From Dirinaria sp. TL-2023a (taxonomy: Eukaryota): 41,364 nucleotides of DNA. The stretch's first letter is position 1. Each line of letters starts with the position of its first letter. Below are positions 1-11,398 of this stretch, one piece after another. The stretch covers positions 1 through 41,364 of the forward strand of contig JAVEBF010000041.1 of assembly GCA_051941275.1 (NCBI GenBank), given 5' to 3'. The notes under the pieces are model-generated. The model saw only the letters and a list, made by a program, of their open reading frames with translations, did no database searches and was not told where the DNA came from. The position numbers and the translations under genes are program-made.

Positions 1-99
1 CCCCCCACCCTTTCCTTCCTTGCCCCGCTCCTCCTGCCAATCTCCCACCCATTCCTACCAAAGTCCTAACCAAAACCCCCCTCGGGAAAACATCCGCAG

Positions 100-903
100 T
101 CGAACTCTCCTCCCTCCCTCTCGCCCAACTTTCAACCCTCAAAAACCAGCTCACGCAAGACCTGCAACACCTCACATCATCCTTCCAACAGCTGCGCGTT
201 GCGCAGGCGAAATTTAGGGACTGCATCTCCAGCGTCAGGGATGGTGTGCAGGAGGGTTCGGAGGGTGAGTTTATTTCTGCTTCCTTTTTCTTCGTTTTGG
301 GGAGTGTGATGGGGGAGGGCGGCTGGGTGAGATCTGGTCGGAGAATAGGGGGACATGAAGGGCTAAATTGGGTGTACTGTGTTTTTGATCCGTATATAGG
401 CAAGCAAATTTTGGTGCCGTTGACCACGAGCCTATATGTGCCTGGAAAACTGGCATCAACGGAAACAGTGCTGGTGGATGTGGGGACGGGCTTCTTTGTC
501 GAGAAGGTAAGACTTCTCTCTCTCACTCTCCCCCCCCCCCCCCTTTTTTTTTTTTTTCCTTTTGTGTCGTGGTTCCTGCACATCCCGGCTATGGTATAAG
601 TTATGGAACGGGAATTTGCTTGTTTACAATGGGTGGATACACAGACACCTCCAGCGGCGCGAGATTTTTACACGGCGAAAGTCGAGGAGCTGGGGAAGAA
701 TCTGCAGGATCTGGAGGGGATTAGGCAGCAGAAGAATGGGCACTTGAATGTCGTTGAGGACGGTGAGTTGAATATACTCGTGTTTTTCTGGTCAGGTGGC
801 ATTAGGTTCGCTCATCACAGTATGCGTAGTGTTGCGCCAAAAGGTCGTCAGCGAGAACAGCAATAGCGGGGAAGGCAAAGCCGTTGAACCCACAGCAGGA
901 TGA
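100..903 (+). CDS. GIM5: Prefoldin subunit 5 (alpha type), 5' end missing; exons 100-264, 400-506, 645-762, 830-903
   Basis: Spliced translation ELSSLPLAQLSTLKNQLTQDLQHLTSSFQQLRVAQAKFRDC...KQILVPLTTSLYVPGKLASTETVLVDVGTGFFVEK carries the prefoldin-5 signature (VPLTxSLYVPG, VDVGTGF). GT-AG introns; stop TGA at 901-903. The first exon lies outside the window. Confidence 0.95.
513..563 (+). repeat. Polypyrimidine tract: (CT)n, C14 (530-543), T14 (544-557), inside a GIM5 intron
   Basis: Read directly from the sequence. Confidence 0.9.
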
Positions 904-1304
904 AAAAACAAATTCTATCTATCCTTCACTATCGCGGAAGGAGAGGCGAATGGCGAATCGCCCGCTACTAGCGATCTATAGGCACAATTGCGCCCGACTG
1001 GACATCTTTGTCTAAACTACATCAAAAGTTATGCACGCAAGGCTGGGGGCGGAAATGCGTTAGCAAGGAATTGTCTATGCAACTACCGCACTGACACACC
1101 TCCTCCTAACCGTAGAAAGCGGTAGTGGTGCTTCATTAAGGGGGTAGACTGTAGCCGAGCGTGGCCTCAATTATGCCACTCTAGGTGCTGTAGGCAAAAT
1201 CGAGCCATGTCGAGTTGGCCGTCGGCGGCAATGTTTCGTGTACTGGTAGACTGAATATGGCAGAAGATGTTGAAATGCAAATCGATCAGCCCGACTACGG
1301 ATTA

Positions 1305-3568
1305 CTACTTGCCTAGGTTCTTCATTCCATCAAGCATCTCGGTAATATACTCGACATCTTGCAAAAAGTCTTGAAACCCTGTGTCTTTGCCTTTGTTGGG
1401 AGTACCCGCATTCTCAGGAAAAAATTTGCTGAGCCGCGGATCCCAATTGGCGGCTTCGCCAATATCAAGGAGGTTGTTGGCTCCCAAGATATTGTCCCAC
1501 TCAGTGTGCCAAAAGGAGCCACCCCATTGTGTCTTTTCGGAAGCCGTTACATTGTTACCCGTGAATGAGTCATACCTAGCCAGCTCGAATATCCAATTGC
1601 TATGGCGTACGTGTCGATATCGAAGTGCTGTTTTTTGCTCGAAATGTTCGACTTTCAGGTTGGACGCATGCTGGAATACTTTGTAACCCGTGAGCTCTGG
1701 CTGGACGCCTGCTGATGGTGGCTTGTAAGTCACACTGCTCTTAAAATCCGCCATACGTGGTGTGACACGAGAGTCATCCACTTCAACCTCGTGTGAGACT
1801 TGCAGCTTCCAAGAACACCCGCTGCCAGGGGTTAGCTATAGCTGTAAGCGTTTGACATTCCAGAAGAGCTTACCCATTGAATTGTATCATATTGATATCC
1901 AAGGGTGAACTCGCTTCTGTCGTGCCCTTCTTGGTCCACTTCGCGCGACTTATTTCGTATACCCCGCCTAAGTACTTGCTGAGCTCGATCTCCAAGCTGA
2001 ACTCTCCAAACTCCGGTGAGCTGAACCCAAAGCGGCCCGTGTAGACAGGATCAGCATCGGCCGGCGCTCCATACATAGTGTTCATGGTTTCAAAGAGCCC
2101 ATTTTTTGGCGGGCAATGGGCGAAAATCTGGTCAGCGCCTGCTGTGAATTGCAGACTATACTTACATTAGTGACTGGCATCAACTTCAACTAGTGCACAC
2201 TTACTCTCGAGTTAGAGATCCATCGAAGGCAGGTAGGTCGAGCCTGAGGTCTGACAGAAACTTGGAAACCGGGACACTTGAAACTCGCTTGGGCCAGCGG
2301 CATTTTGCGAATGTAAAGACGCCGAAGAGTACTCGTAAGCGCACGTTGCCACGAAAGAATGGTAAGCGAGTAATGACCTTGTTCAGCGCGTGCCGTATTT
2401 GCTTTTTATTCCTCAAGTCTGTTGCAGCTTTCTCTTCCGCGAACCGGGGCACATCGTTGGCCGTCAGGGTGTTTCCGGTAAGCTGTGGTGTTGAGGTGAA
2501 TGATGCGCGAGAAGAGCTATAACAAGGGACAAGTTTGATATCTCCACGCATCTTGGACGCTTCAGGGAGACGTCCCAACACCATGAAGTAGATCTCGCCG
2601 CTACGGGCCACATATTCCCTCATGGTCCCTTCGATGCGTTGTAAGACATGCTGAATTGCGTCTTCATTGTTCGAAAGAACCTTGAAGCATGACATCTGTG
2701 TGTCGAACACTATGTGCGCGGAATTGAACGTACGAATAGAGTCATATGCCTCGCAACTGGGGCCCAAAAGTTGGCTCGGCGCGACCTCATCCTGTGGCCA
2801 AAGGAAGTAGCCACGGAACGAGAAATCTTGTCCTTCTGGTGGGTCTGTCTGGTATTTTTGTTTCTCGGCTTCTTCTCTCAGCTTCATGTCATCATTCTTG
2901 TCCTTTTTGTCCTGCAGATCCCCTACTTTGCTGAACCTGTTCACCTTGGCTTTCAGCAAAGTCTGCTCCCTGGGTCCGAACACCTCTTTGGGGGCTGCTT
3001 GAGTCCAACTATCCAACTCAGCCTTCGTCTTTCGAATTTGATTTTCATCACCCCATAGCAGTAACTTCCGGTCAAGCAGGGATTGAGGTGGTCTGATGAA
3101 ACTTCCGAACCGGGTTCCAATCTCCTCAAGCTGGCTATACATCTTTTTCCGATCTGGCTCGATCTTTGCACATGTCTGAGCCAGCGTGTAGACATCCGTA
3201 TGCGGCAACCCTTTTCGAAAAGCGCTCCTGGCAACGTTGTCCTGCTTCTGTGTAAAGGTAATCCCAGCTGCCAGCCGCCCTTTCTTTTTTGCTTGGGTCA
3301 CCTTACGTTCATCTGTTGGTCTTGCTAGAAGATAAAATGGCTTTTTGAAACCTTTCTCGGGTGAAGTGTCGCTATTCTGGTGAGACGGCTTAGGAGAACT
3401 AGGATCAATGGTGATTTTTGGTAAGCGTTGGGATGTTTGAACTTGTAGCCATGGCCCTTCGCCATCGGGTTCTTCATCGGACGAGGAGTTGACTGCGAGC
3501 TTTTGCTTGGAATCACTCCTGAAATCACGCTGCCACTCTTTGGCATTCTCGCGCTCGTAGTGATGCAT
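1305..3568 (-). CDS. Uncharacterised fungal protein, about 720 aa; exons 3568-2205, 2155-1874, 1821-1305
   Basis: Three ORFs are joined in frame by canonical introns 2204-2156 (GTAAGT..CTAAT..TAG) and 1873-1822 (GTAAGC..CTAAC..CAG). The first ATG of the long ORF is at 3568 (MHHYERENAKEW). Confidence 0.8.
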
Positions 3569-4396
3569 TGCGCTCGCCAATGCTAAGACCCGTTGCTGGG
3601 TACTCACCTCGTCGTTGTACTGTCGGCTGTGTTGATATGTTGAGTGGTCATAGAACAAATTAAGAGCTAAGTGCTCATTTCTTGGGGTGAATGTTGCCTG
3701 TGGGTTAGAGATCCATATCAGAAACGATAGATAGTACTTTGGGCTATGAGGATGGGAGTTGCTTGATAGGCAGTCGGAAGTTTGTTGAGGGAAGGTGCAG
3801 GTGAAGTGCAGGAAAAGTGTTTGTGATGCTTGAATCAACAGCCGAATGCAGTCCGGAAGGAGAGCTTCAAGACCCGAGCTCAGCAATTCAAGTAATGTAG
3901 CGCTGAACAACTGTCAAATGGCCTTTCTTAGCGGCCTAAATGCATTTCGGGTTTGATGAGGTTATGGGCTCGGGCACATACTGCATGTACCGCTATGCTA
4001 AGAGAGAAAAGTTACATCCACTATCTGCAACTTCTACAATTTAGTATCTTCTACGAAATATTATGGGACTGAGCAGACCAAGGATTTATAAGAAAGCTGT
4101 CTCTTGCTCGAAATTGGCAGATCAATGAGCCGTCATACTATCCTATCAAAGAACATTCCTAACCTGCAATTCTGCCCTGTGCTACTCTTCATCCTGTCGC
4201 AAGAAAGACCGCTGAATTCTAAACAGACAGGGTATTAATTAGATCACGTAGCAGTGGGCAGCAATAGTAGTGCCTTCTACTTCGGTTTCTATCACATTCG
4301 AGTCTAGGCTTGGCAGCTAACCATGGTTCTGATTCCATGAATATTCGCGATGAGTGGACATATAAGAGTCGCGTCCTGTCATTCTGGTGAGGCGGA

Positions 4397-5160
4397 CTAA
4401 CGAGGAATAGCACCGCCGGCGGTTGCCCCAGTGCCTGCAGCGCCAGACGAAGGAGGCTTAGACTTAGACTTGGCCCTGAATAGCTGCTTGAACCATTTGG
4501 TTGCTGGTGTAACTGCAAACCGAGCAAACCAAGGGGTAGCCCAGACACTGAGAACAAGGCGAAGGGGAAGTAAAACCTTGGTTATGGCGTATGCCGTTGC
4601 GAATCTGCGTTCTATTAGCCAATCGATCGACCTGAGTGCTGACACAGGGTTGCTGCTTTATCATGCGATATGAGGTTCCTGCCATCATTACTGGCATGAG
4701 AAGGAGCATACTCCACAACGACCTTTAAGCCACCTTCTCCTTTTTCCCACCATCTGAAATTTCGAGTCTCTTCATTGCCCAACCATCCCTTCTTCCGAGC
4801 ATAACTTCCGAACTTCTGGATACCCTCACTGACCCACTTCCATTCGCTTATGTAAGCTGGTAGCCAATTCGTGTAATGGAAGATTGCCGCGAATCCGAGG
4901 ATGGGAACAACAGCAGTTACTTCGTGAAGAATTAAGAAGGCGCTGATATGGGTCAAGGGCGCACTGATAAGCGGCTTTGTATATCCTCGAAGGAACTGTG
5001 GCAGCTTTGAATTTACACTTTCGACTCGAGACTGTGTCCTTTGCTGACCATGGGGCTCTGATCTATCATGAGACAGGCGCTGTTGTCCCCTTCGTCGACA
5101 TAGCTTTAAGAGAGGGGTCGCTTCCCTTCGGAGGTTTCGTGGAACTGATAGCCGGAACAT
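4397..5160 (-). CDS. MRX11: FLILHELTA-family mitochondrial membrane protein (MRX11-like); intron 4711-4605
   Basis: Contains the family motif SAFLILHEVTAVVP, an Arg-rich presequence-like N-terminus, and a C-terminal ATAYAITKVLLPLRLVLSVWATPWFAR after splicing. Confidence 0.85.
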
Positions 5161-5797
5161 GGATTGCTGGTTCGCCCCGCAAGGGAAGAAGGCTATGAAT
5201 CAAGCCATCAAAGTAGTAAGATTACATTAAGTATGTGCCGAGTTAGACACGCCTGATGTGCTTTACATCGCGTCGTCCAGAGGAAAGAAACAAAAGCATT
5301 ATCAGTCGGATAAAAGATCGTCCCGCACTGCGCTAACCTGATATAAGTTTTCATGAAATCTCTGTCGAGCTACTCAGAGCAGTGCGAGTGTCACAGGCCA
5401 AGAACGGGGGCTACAAGACCCTCACGCTAACCCTATCTAGGGTTACATGAGATCACTGCTGGGTTACTACCGCAAGGGCAGCAGAAACCGGTGCAATTGT
5501 TAGCCAAAAAAGGCTACAAGAGCACTCATGCTAACTCAATCTCCCATAGAATTTAAGAGGATCTCAGTCGGGCTGTGAAGAGAAAGACAATGCTCTTAAA
5601 AGCAAAAGCAGTCCCAAGAGTCAAGATGAGTAAAATACATGTACCTAGATTCAAGAACTCTTCCTGAAGAACATGGAAGGGCTGCAAAACCCTTAGACTG
5701 ATTAAATGTAGGTTTTCATTAGGTCTTGCCCCGATCCTCGCTTGGACATTCCTCGCTTATATTTCCCAGCCTAGCGGAAGTGCTTGCATTAGCCCCG

Positions 5798-5823
5798 ACG
5801 CGTCTTCCACATCAAGTCGCGTC
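5798..5823. promoter_or_regulatory. MCB-like elements (ACGCGT at 5798-5803; TCGCGT at 5817-5822) just upstream of ORC1
   Basis: A perfect MluI cell-cycle box about 60 bp before the ORC1 ATG, plus a degenerate copy. MBF regulation of replication genes is established in yeasts. Confidence 0.5.
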
Positions 5824-5863
5824 TCCCGGCTCAGTGAGAATTGCATTTTCCATAACATACAAG

Positions 5864-8328
5864 ATGCCCCATAAGGTGCCGGGAAGTGCTGAACTCACGA
5901 AGGCCGCTCGAGCGAAGCAGTACCTTTCGGGGGGGGGAGTCGCTCGTGAAGATTCTGATGATGAGCTGGGACTCGAGGATCACCCTTGGCAATGGATTTA
6001 CTCCTCAGATCAAGAGCGCAAGAAAGGACAACCCGAGATCATTGGCGCTCGCATGGGCAGCTTTCAATGCGCTATCGGCGACTGCGTGCTTCTTAAGGCG
6101 GAGGGAGGGACGAACGAGGCATGGATTGGGCTGATCTGCGAGTTTCAAGATGATGAGGAGCAGGATCAAAAGGCTGCGAACTTCATGTGGTTCTCTACGG
6201 AAAGGGAGATAAGGAATAAGCAGAAGAAACGAACAGATTCATTGCCGGTTTGGAACCGTGGACATGTACGCCGCATAGAGACTGATCGTCCCTATAGAAC
6301 GAAGTTTACATTACCCCGTCATGGGATATAAACCCTTTGACCTCTATAAATGGTAAAGCCACCATCATGTCACCTGCGGTTTTCAATAATGTCTACCCAT
6401 CTGGCAAGATTCCTCGCTCATCTCGCAATTATGGCAAGGTCTTCATTTGCCGACGAGGGTGCAATACACGTACAGCAACCTACACAGATGAATTTGTCTG
6501 GGAAAGCATCTTTCAGGGCCCGCAAGACGTTGATGCTTTGATAGAGCGAGCCAGAAGCCAGACCAAAGCAACTAGGAAAAGAAAGAGAGAAGAAAACCCT
6601 CGAGAAGACGCCGCTTTTGATGTAGGTGAAGTCAGAAAATTAGGGTGAAATGGCTAACCTGTTGAAGTGGGACCCAGCAAGCGATGCGGAAACCCCGAAG
6701 ACCCCAAGCAAGAGAAGGAGAACTCATCAGGCTTCTTCGCCAGCCGCTAAGAGCAAGCGTACTCCACAGACGTTAACGACGCCAACTCACAGACGGTACG
6801 CACCTTGAATGCAGGTTGCCCACATCCAACGCTGACAATGCCGCAGGGTTGTTGTCAAGAAACCTCTAGAGTTCACTCCTCTTGGGACACGCATTCTATC
6901 ACCAAACCACACAAAGTCTTCCCCTTTTCAGATAGCTCGCACAACACTGCATGTCTCGTTAATACCTTCCTCTCTACCCTGCCGCACGGAAGAGTTCTCC
7001 ACCGTTTACGATCACCTTGAAGCCGCCATTTCAGCCGGCTCGGGATCCTGTATCTATATTTCGGGTACTCCAGGAACGGGCAAGACCGCTACCGTCCGTG
7101 AAGTTGTAGCGCAACTCAATGCCAGCGTCTTGGCCGAAGAAATTGACGACTTCATCTTTGTGGAGATCAATGGCATGAAAGTCACGGATCCGCATCAAGC
7201 ATACTCGTTGCTCTGGGAGGCTCTGAAAGGCGACCGGGTGAGCCCGGCACATGCACTGAGCCTGCTAGAGCGCGAGTTCGACCATCCAAGCCCACGGAGG
7301 GTCCCCTGTGTAGTGCTGATGGATGAGTTGGATCAGCTCGTAACTAAAAACCAGAGCGTGATGTATAACTTTTTCAATTGGCCAGGATTGCGACATAGTC
7401 GATTGATTGTCCTCGCCGTGGCGAATACCATGGATCTTCCAGAACGGACTTTGAGCAACAAAATCAGCAGTCGTCTTGGTAAGTACCTACTTGTAGCCGG
7501 TGATAGCTTTTATGTATAAGTATGCTAACAGAGTCTGCAGGTCTGACACGGATCACTTTCCCAGGCTATACTCACGAGCAGCTAATGGCCATTATTCAAT
7601 CCCGTTTGACATCTGTGCCATCACACATTATCGATCCTGATGCCGTTCAATTCGCCAGCCGCAAAGTCGCCGCTGTAAGTGGAGACGCTCGCCGCGCTCT
7701 CGACATATGCCGCAGAGCAGTGGAGATAGCCGAAGCAGAGGTTGCAGATACGCAAAATCCTTTACTGGCGACTCCAAGTAAGCGGCGGAAGCATGAAGAG
7801 TTAAACGGCATGAACGAAAAGAAAGGCGGAAGGGTCACAATCGCGACCATAAAACAAGCTATCAACGAAGCTACAAGTAGTCCTTTGCAGCAGTATTTGA
7901 AGGCGTTGCCGCTAGCATCGAAAGTGTTTTTAGCAGCTATACTGGCGCGGGCTCGGAGAAGTGGAGTCAGCGAATGCGTGATGGGGGACGTGGTTGAGGA
8001 GGCGAAGCGGCTAGGACTCATGGCGGCTGATAGCCCAACCATCCAAGAGATGCTGCTGACAGATACGGCGTTCAAGCTGCGCTTTGTAGAGGGAACCGTT
8101 AGTACGCCCAATAAGAAGATTAAAGCTCATGCAGCAACGGAGCCGAGGATATTGGGGATGGGTAGTGCAGCGACGGAGTTGGCGGAGGCAGGTATCGTAG
8201 GTCTAGAAGGCGGAAACGGAAGAAAGGGTGACCGAGTGGGAAGAGTAAGGCTCAATATCGGTGAAGCAGAGGTCAAGCTAGCATTGAGAGATGACCAAGA
8301 CGTTAGAGGATTGGGATTTGCAAGCTGA
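5864..8328 (+). CDS. ORC1: Origin recognition complex subunit 1; introns 6248-6297, 6622-6667, 6796-6846, 7479-7540
   Basis: N-terminal BAH domain (GDCVLLK...WIGLI...FMWFS), Walker A ISGTPGTGKT, Walker B VVLMDELDQL, ANTMDLPER, ISSRLG, SGDARRALDICRRA. Confidence 0.97.
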
Positions 8329-8476
8329 CAAAGATGTCTCGACACCTCTAGGGAGACTGGTACCGTTGTAGCATTACACCCTAAGTATAGCGATATGATC
8401 CATGATATCGTCAGTGTCAACATCTGAACGTACGGCTAGAACGAAAGGGGTATCTAATCGTGTTTCTGCTAGTGCT

Positions 8477-10032
8477 CTAATACTTTTGACGACCTAAGGT
8501 AGGCTTCCAGTCCAGGGGGTAGGTCTCGGGTGTAGCCTCGTCATCTTGTTTCCATATTTTGATCGTCTTATCGGCCTCTCCGCATATCAGACGTAACCCT
8601 GACTTGTCGAAGGTAGAGCTCATGAGGCCTGCTTCGGCCTCTAGCGACCCAGGCTGGGCAGTGGTATCCAGCGACTGGTAACAATAACCTGTCTTCCAAT
8701 CCCAGAAGCTGATGGAGCCGTTGTCACCCCCTGAGAACAGGACATTGTCCTCATTCACGGCCAGGGTGTTGATTATAGCATTTTGGCCCTCAAAATTCTG
8801 CATGAACGCTCCTTCAGGACACTTCCATTGCTTAATGCTTCCCGTACTGCCGCTGGCGAAAGTCCACTCGATCGGGTGCACGGCCAGAGCTCGAACTCCT
8901 TTCTTGTGGTGCGTTAAGACACCCATGGTCTTGCCCGCTGCCAAATCCCACAGTCTAACGTGGGTATCAAGGGACGACGTGATTACCTGCGGATCTGTTT
9001 CTTGGCATTTGACATCTGTGACTGTCTGTTTATGACCGCTAAGCACATGGATGTTGCTCCGTGTTCGCATGTCCCACACTCGTGCGACACCATCCCGGCC
9101 CCCTGTAACCAATACATCCAAAGTTGGGTGGAGCGAAAGAGTGTACACACCGCTTAGGTGGCCGTGATAATGTCTTATGACCTTGTTCGTCTCAAGATCC
9201 CAGCATTTGACCATCTTGTCTTCGCCACAAGAGAACAGGTAAGGGTGCCTCGGCGATACGGCGAGACCTCGCACCGTTGAAATATGTCCTGTGAGGGTCA
9301 GTCGCAACGATCCTGAAGCGAGATCCCATATTTTGATCGTTCGGTCTCCAGCGCCACTAGCAAACCACTCATTACCTGGCTCAACAGCCAGACTCCTTAC
9401 CCAGCCAAGATGACCGGATATGACGCGCATCAACTTCCAGGGTGCATGCCATTCCGGCTTTGGCTGCTGAATGTTCTGTCTCCTCACTAAGCTCGAAGAT
9501 GGGAGATTTCTCTGCGGCGCCGGGCCATTCGCGTTGGAACCGCCTCCAGGCCCCTTTGACTGGAGAACTAATGCGGTCGACGAGCCCCCATTTACAGCAG
9601 CATCTGGTCTTGCAGATATACTCTCAATCAACCTTGTAGTCTGTCCATCTGATGAGTCCTCTGCATCGACGCCCGTCTTCTGTCGTTTTCGACGCGTTGC
9701 AGCGGAAGCGGAGGCGGTAGCCTGCTTAGCTGCGAGAGCTGGAGTGAGCTCCCTCAGATCTTCGAATTCATTGCGTAACCTGGAAGTCAAACTTGCGCGA
9801 TCCGCAGACTCGAATGGATCGAGAGGTTTTTGGACAGTGACGGTGTGACTAGATGAGGGATCAAGAGCCGTCGGGACCGCGTACTGAGCACCGAAAAGCT
9901 CTCTGGTCCTCTTGGCGGAATTCTTGATCAGCTTCTGTGGCAGACGTCAGACAGAGCAGCACTGCATTATTGGATATTGGAACTCGCCTTCGTCGGAGAC
10001 CCTGCTTGGGCGAGCGACATCGTTTCCGCCAT
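8477..10032 (-). CDS. PRP46: Pre-mRNA splicing factor Prp46/PLRG1 (WD40); exons 10032-9988 and 9934-8477, with a GC-AG intron 9987-9935
   Basis: [24 protein letters not shown] followed by WD40 repeats and [17 protein letters not shown]. The N-terminus [29 protein letters not shown] is restored by the intron. Confidence 0.95.
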
Positions 10033-10233
10033 GGTCATTGGAAGAGGAGTAAGAAATCTTAAGTTACATGTAGGTAAAGGTATCGAGCTTCAAGCTTTCG
10101 TTTTGCGGTCTCCATTTCTCCTTCAGGTTTAGCGCCATTCGCCACATTGCCGAGGTCTTTGTGCATAAACTCATAAAGTATCCCTCATATGCGGTTTCAG
10201 ACCAAGGGATATTTCCAAATCGAACACATCCAG

Positions 10234-11296
10234 ATGGACGTAGATCAGCAGTCAAAGTTCGCCATACACGAGGCCGCTCGTGAGGGCAAAAGTAAGCCAT
10301 GGAAATCTGCTCTGACCCGACCAAGCTGACTTGTCGCTTGAGCCACTGTAGTTGAATCACTGCTGAACGTACTCAAACTCTTCTTCGGATGATCAGAAGG
10401 TAGCTGACCTTACTCGCAACAGGCAAACCCTAGGCTAGCTGCAAGGAAGGACGACGATGATCGTGTAGCATTGCACTGGGCTTGTTCCTATAACCATCTT
10501 CCCGTAGTAGAGCTACTGGTCTCACGGATTGACTTTGACCCCGATGTTCAGGACGGTTCAGGATGGACGCCGCTTATGATCGCTGCGAGTCTACCCGAAG
10601 GCGATGGCTTGGTAGACTTGCTTCTTAATAAGGGAGCTGACACCAATGCTAAAAGTGCGCTGCTGTCCAAGTCGCTCTGTATAATAGGGAATGGTTATGC
10701 TGACAAAAGACGAGCTTCAAAGATTACAATGGCCAGGTCAGATGCTCTGAACCTCATTATCTCAAGTCTTGTCACGGTACAAACTAACTCGAGGACTTCA
10801 AATCAGACAGCCTTACATTTCACGGCTTCGAAAAACAACCTCGATATAGCACGGAAAATTATAGCGCATAAAGCCACGGCACGGGTCAAAGACAAACGAG
10901 GACAGCTGCCTCTGCACCGCGCAGCAGCTGTTGGCTCGGTTCCGATGGTGAAATTGCTACTCGATAACAAGAGCCCTCTCAACGCCACAGATATCGCTGG
11001 TTATACGGCTTTGCATCACGGCGCGTTTTCAAAGAGTTTGGTATCCGTCGTGGAGAGCATCGCTAACATCCTGCACAGCCATTTCAGAAGGACACGGAGA
11101 CACGGCGCTTCTCCTCCTGAAATCTGGTGCGGAAACGGACAAGAAAGATGTCGACGGGCAATTGGCAATCGAATTAGCACCAGACAAGAAGGTTCGTCCT
11201 TCGGTAACTTTAACGAGATTCAATGCCTAATGGTCGTTCAAGATACGAAATTTTATCCTGCAAGAAGCAGAACGCGAGGGTATTGACCTCGGGTGA
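10234..11296 (+). CDS. NAS6: Ankyrin-repeat 26S proteasome assembly chaperone (Nas6/gankyrin), 7 exons
   Basis: Spliced translation MDVDQQSKFAIHEAAREGK...DDDDRVALHWAC...DGSGWTPLMIAAS...NGQTALHFTASK...GQLPLHRAAAVGS...GYTALHHAISEGHGD...LAPDKKIRNFI is typical of fungal Nas6. Confidence 0.9.
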
Positions 11297-11398
11297 TCAA
11301 ATCACACGTAGCAAACGGTCCCAATCTCCCAGCAAACGTCCATTATGATGAGTATAAAACAACGAAAACCTTTGACGGTAGGCATTCAGTTGGCCTCT

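Noticed and set aside
1082..1126. Inverted repeat ACTACCGC/GCGGTAGT between convergent genes
   Set aside because: An 8-bp stem with a 29-nt loop is expected by chance in 41 kb.
1141..1230. GTAGCCGAGCGTGG resembles a tRNA-Ser/Leu D-arm
   Set aside because: There is no GTTCRA T-loop and no acceptor stem pairing.
3569..3910. 114-codon in-frame extension upstream of the ATG of the unknown gene (TTG start in the ORF track)
   Set aside because: It has no AUG, contains intron-like signals and short out-of-frame uORFs, and has a UTR-like composition. It is probably 5' leader.
3954..4072. TGATGA...CTGA as a possible box C/D snoRNA
   Set aside because: The C box is imperfect, there is no convincing terminal stem, and I recognise no rRNA-complementary guide.
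5929..5937. G9 run in ORC1 as a frameshift or slippage site
   Set aside because: The frame is intact (SGGGV) and there is no evidence of an alternative frame.
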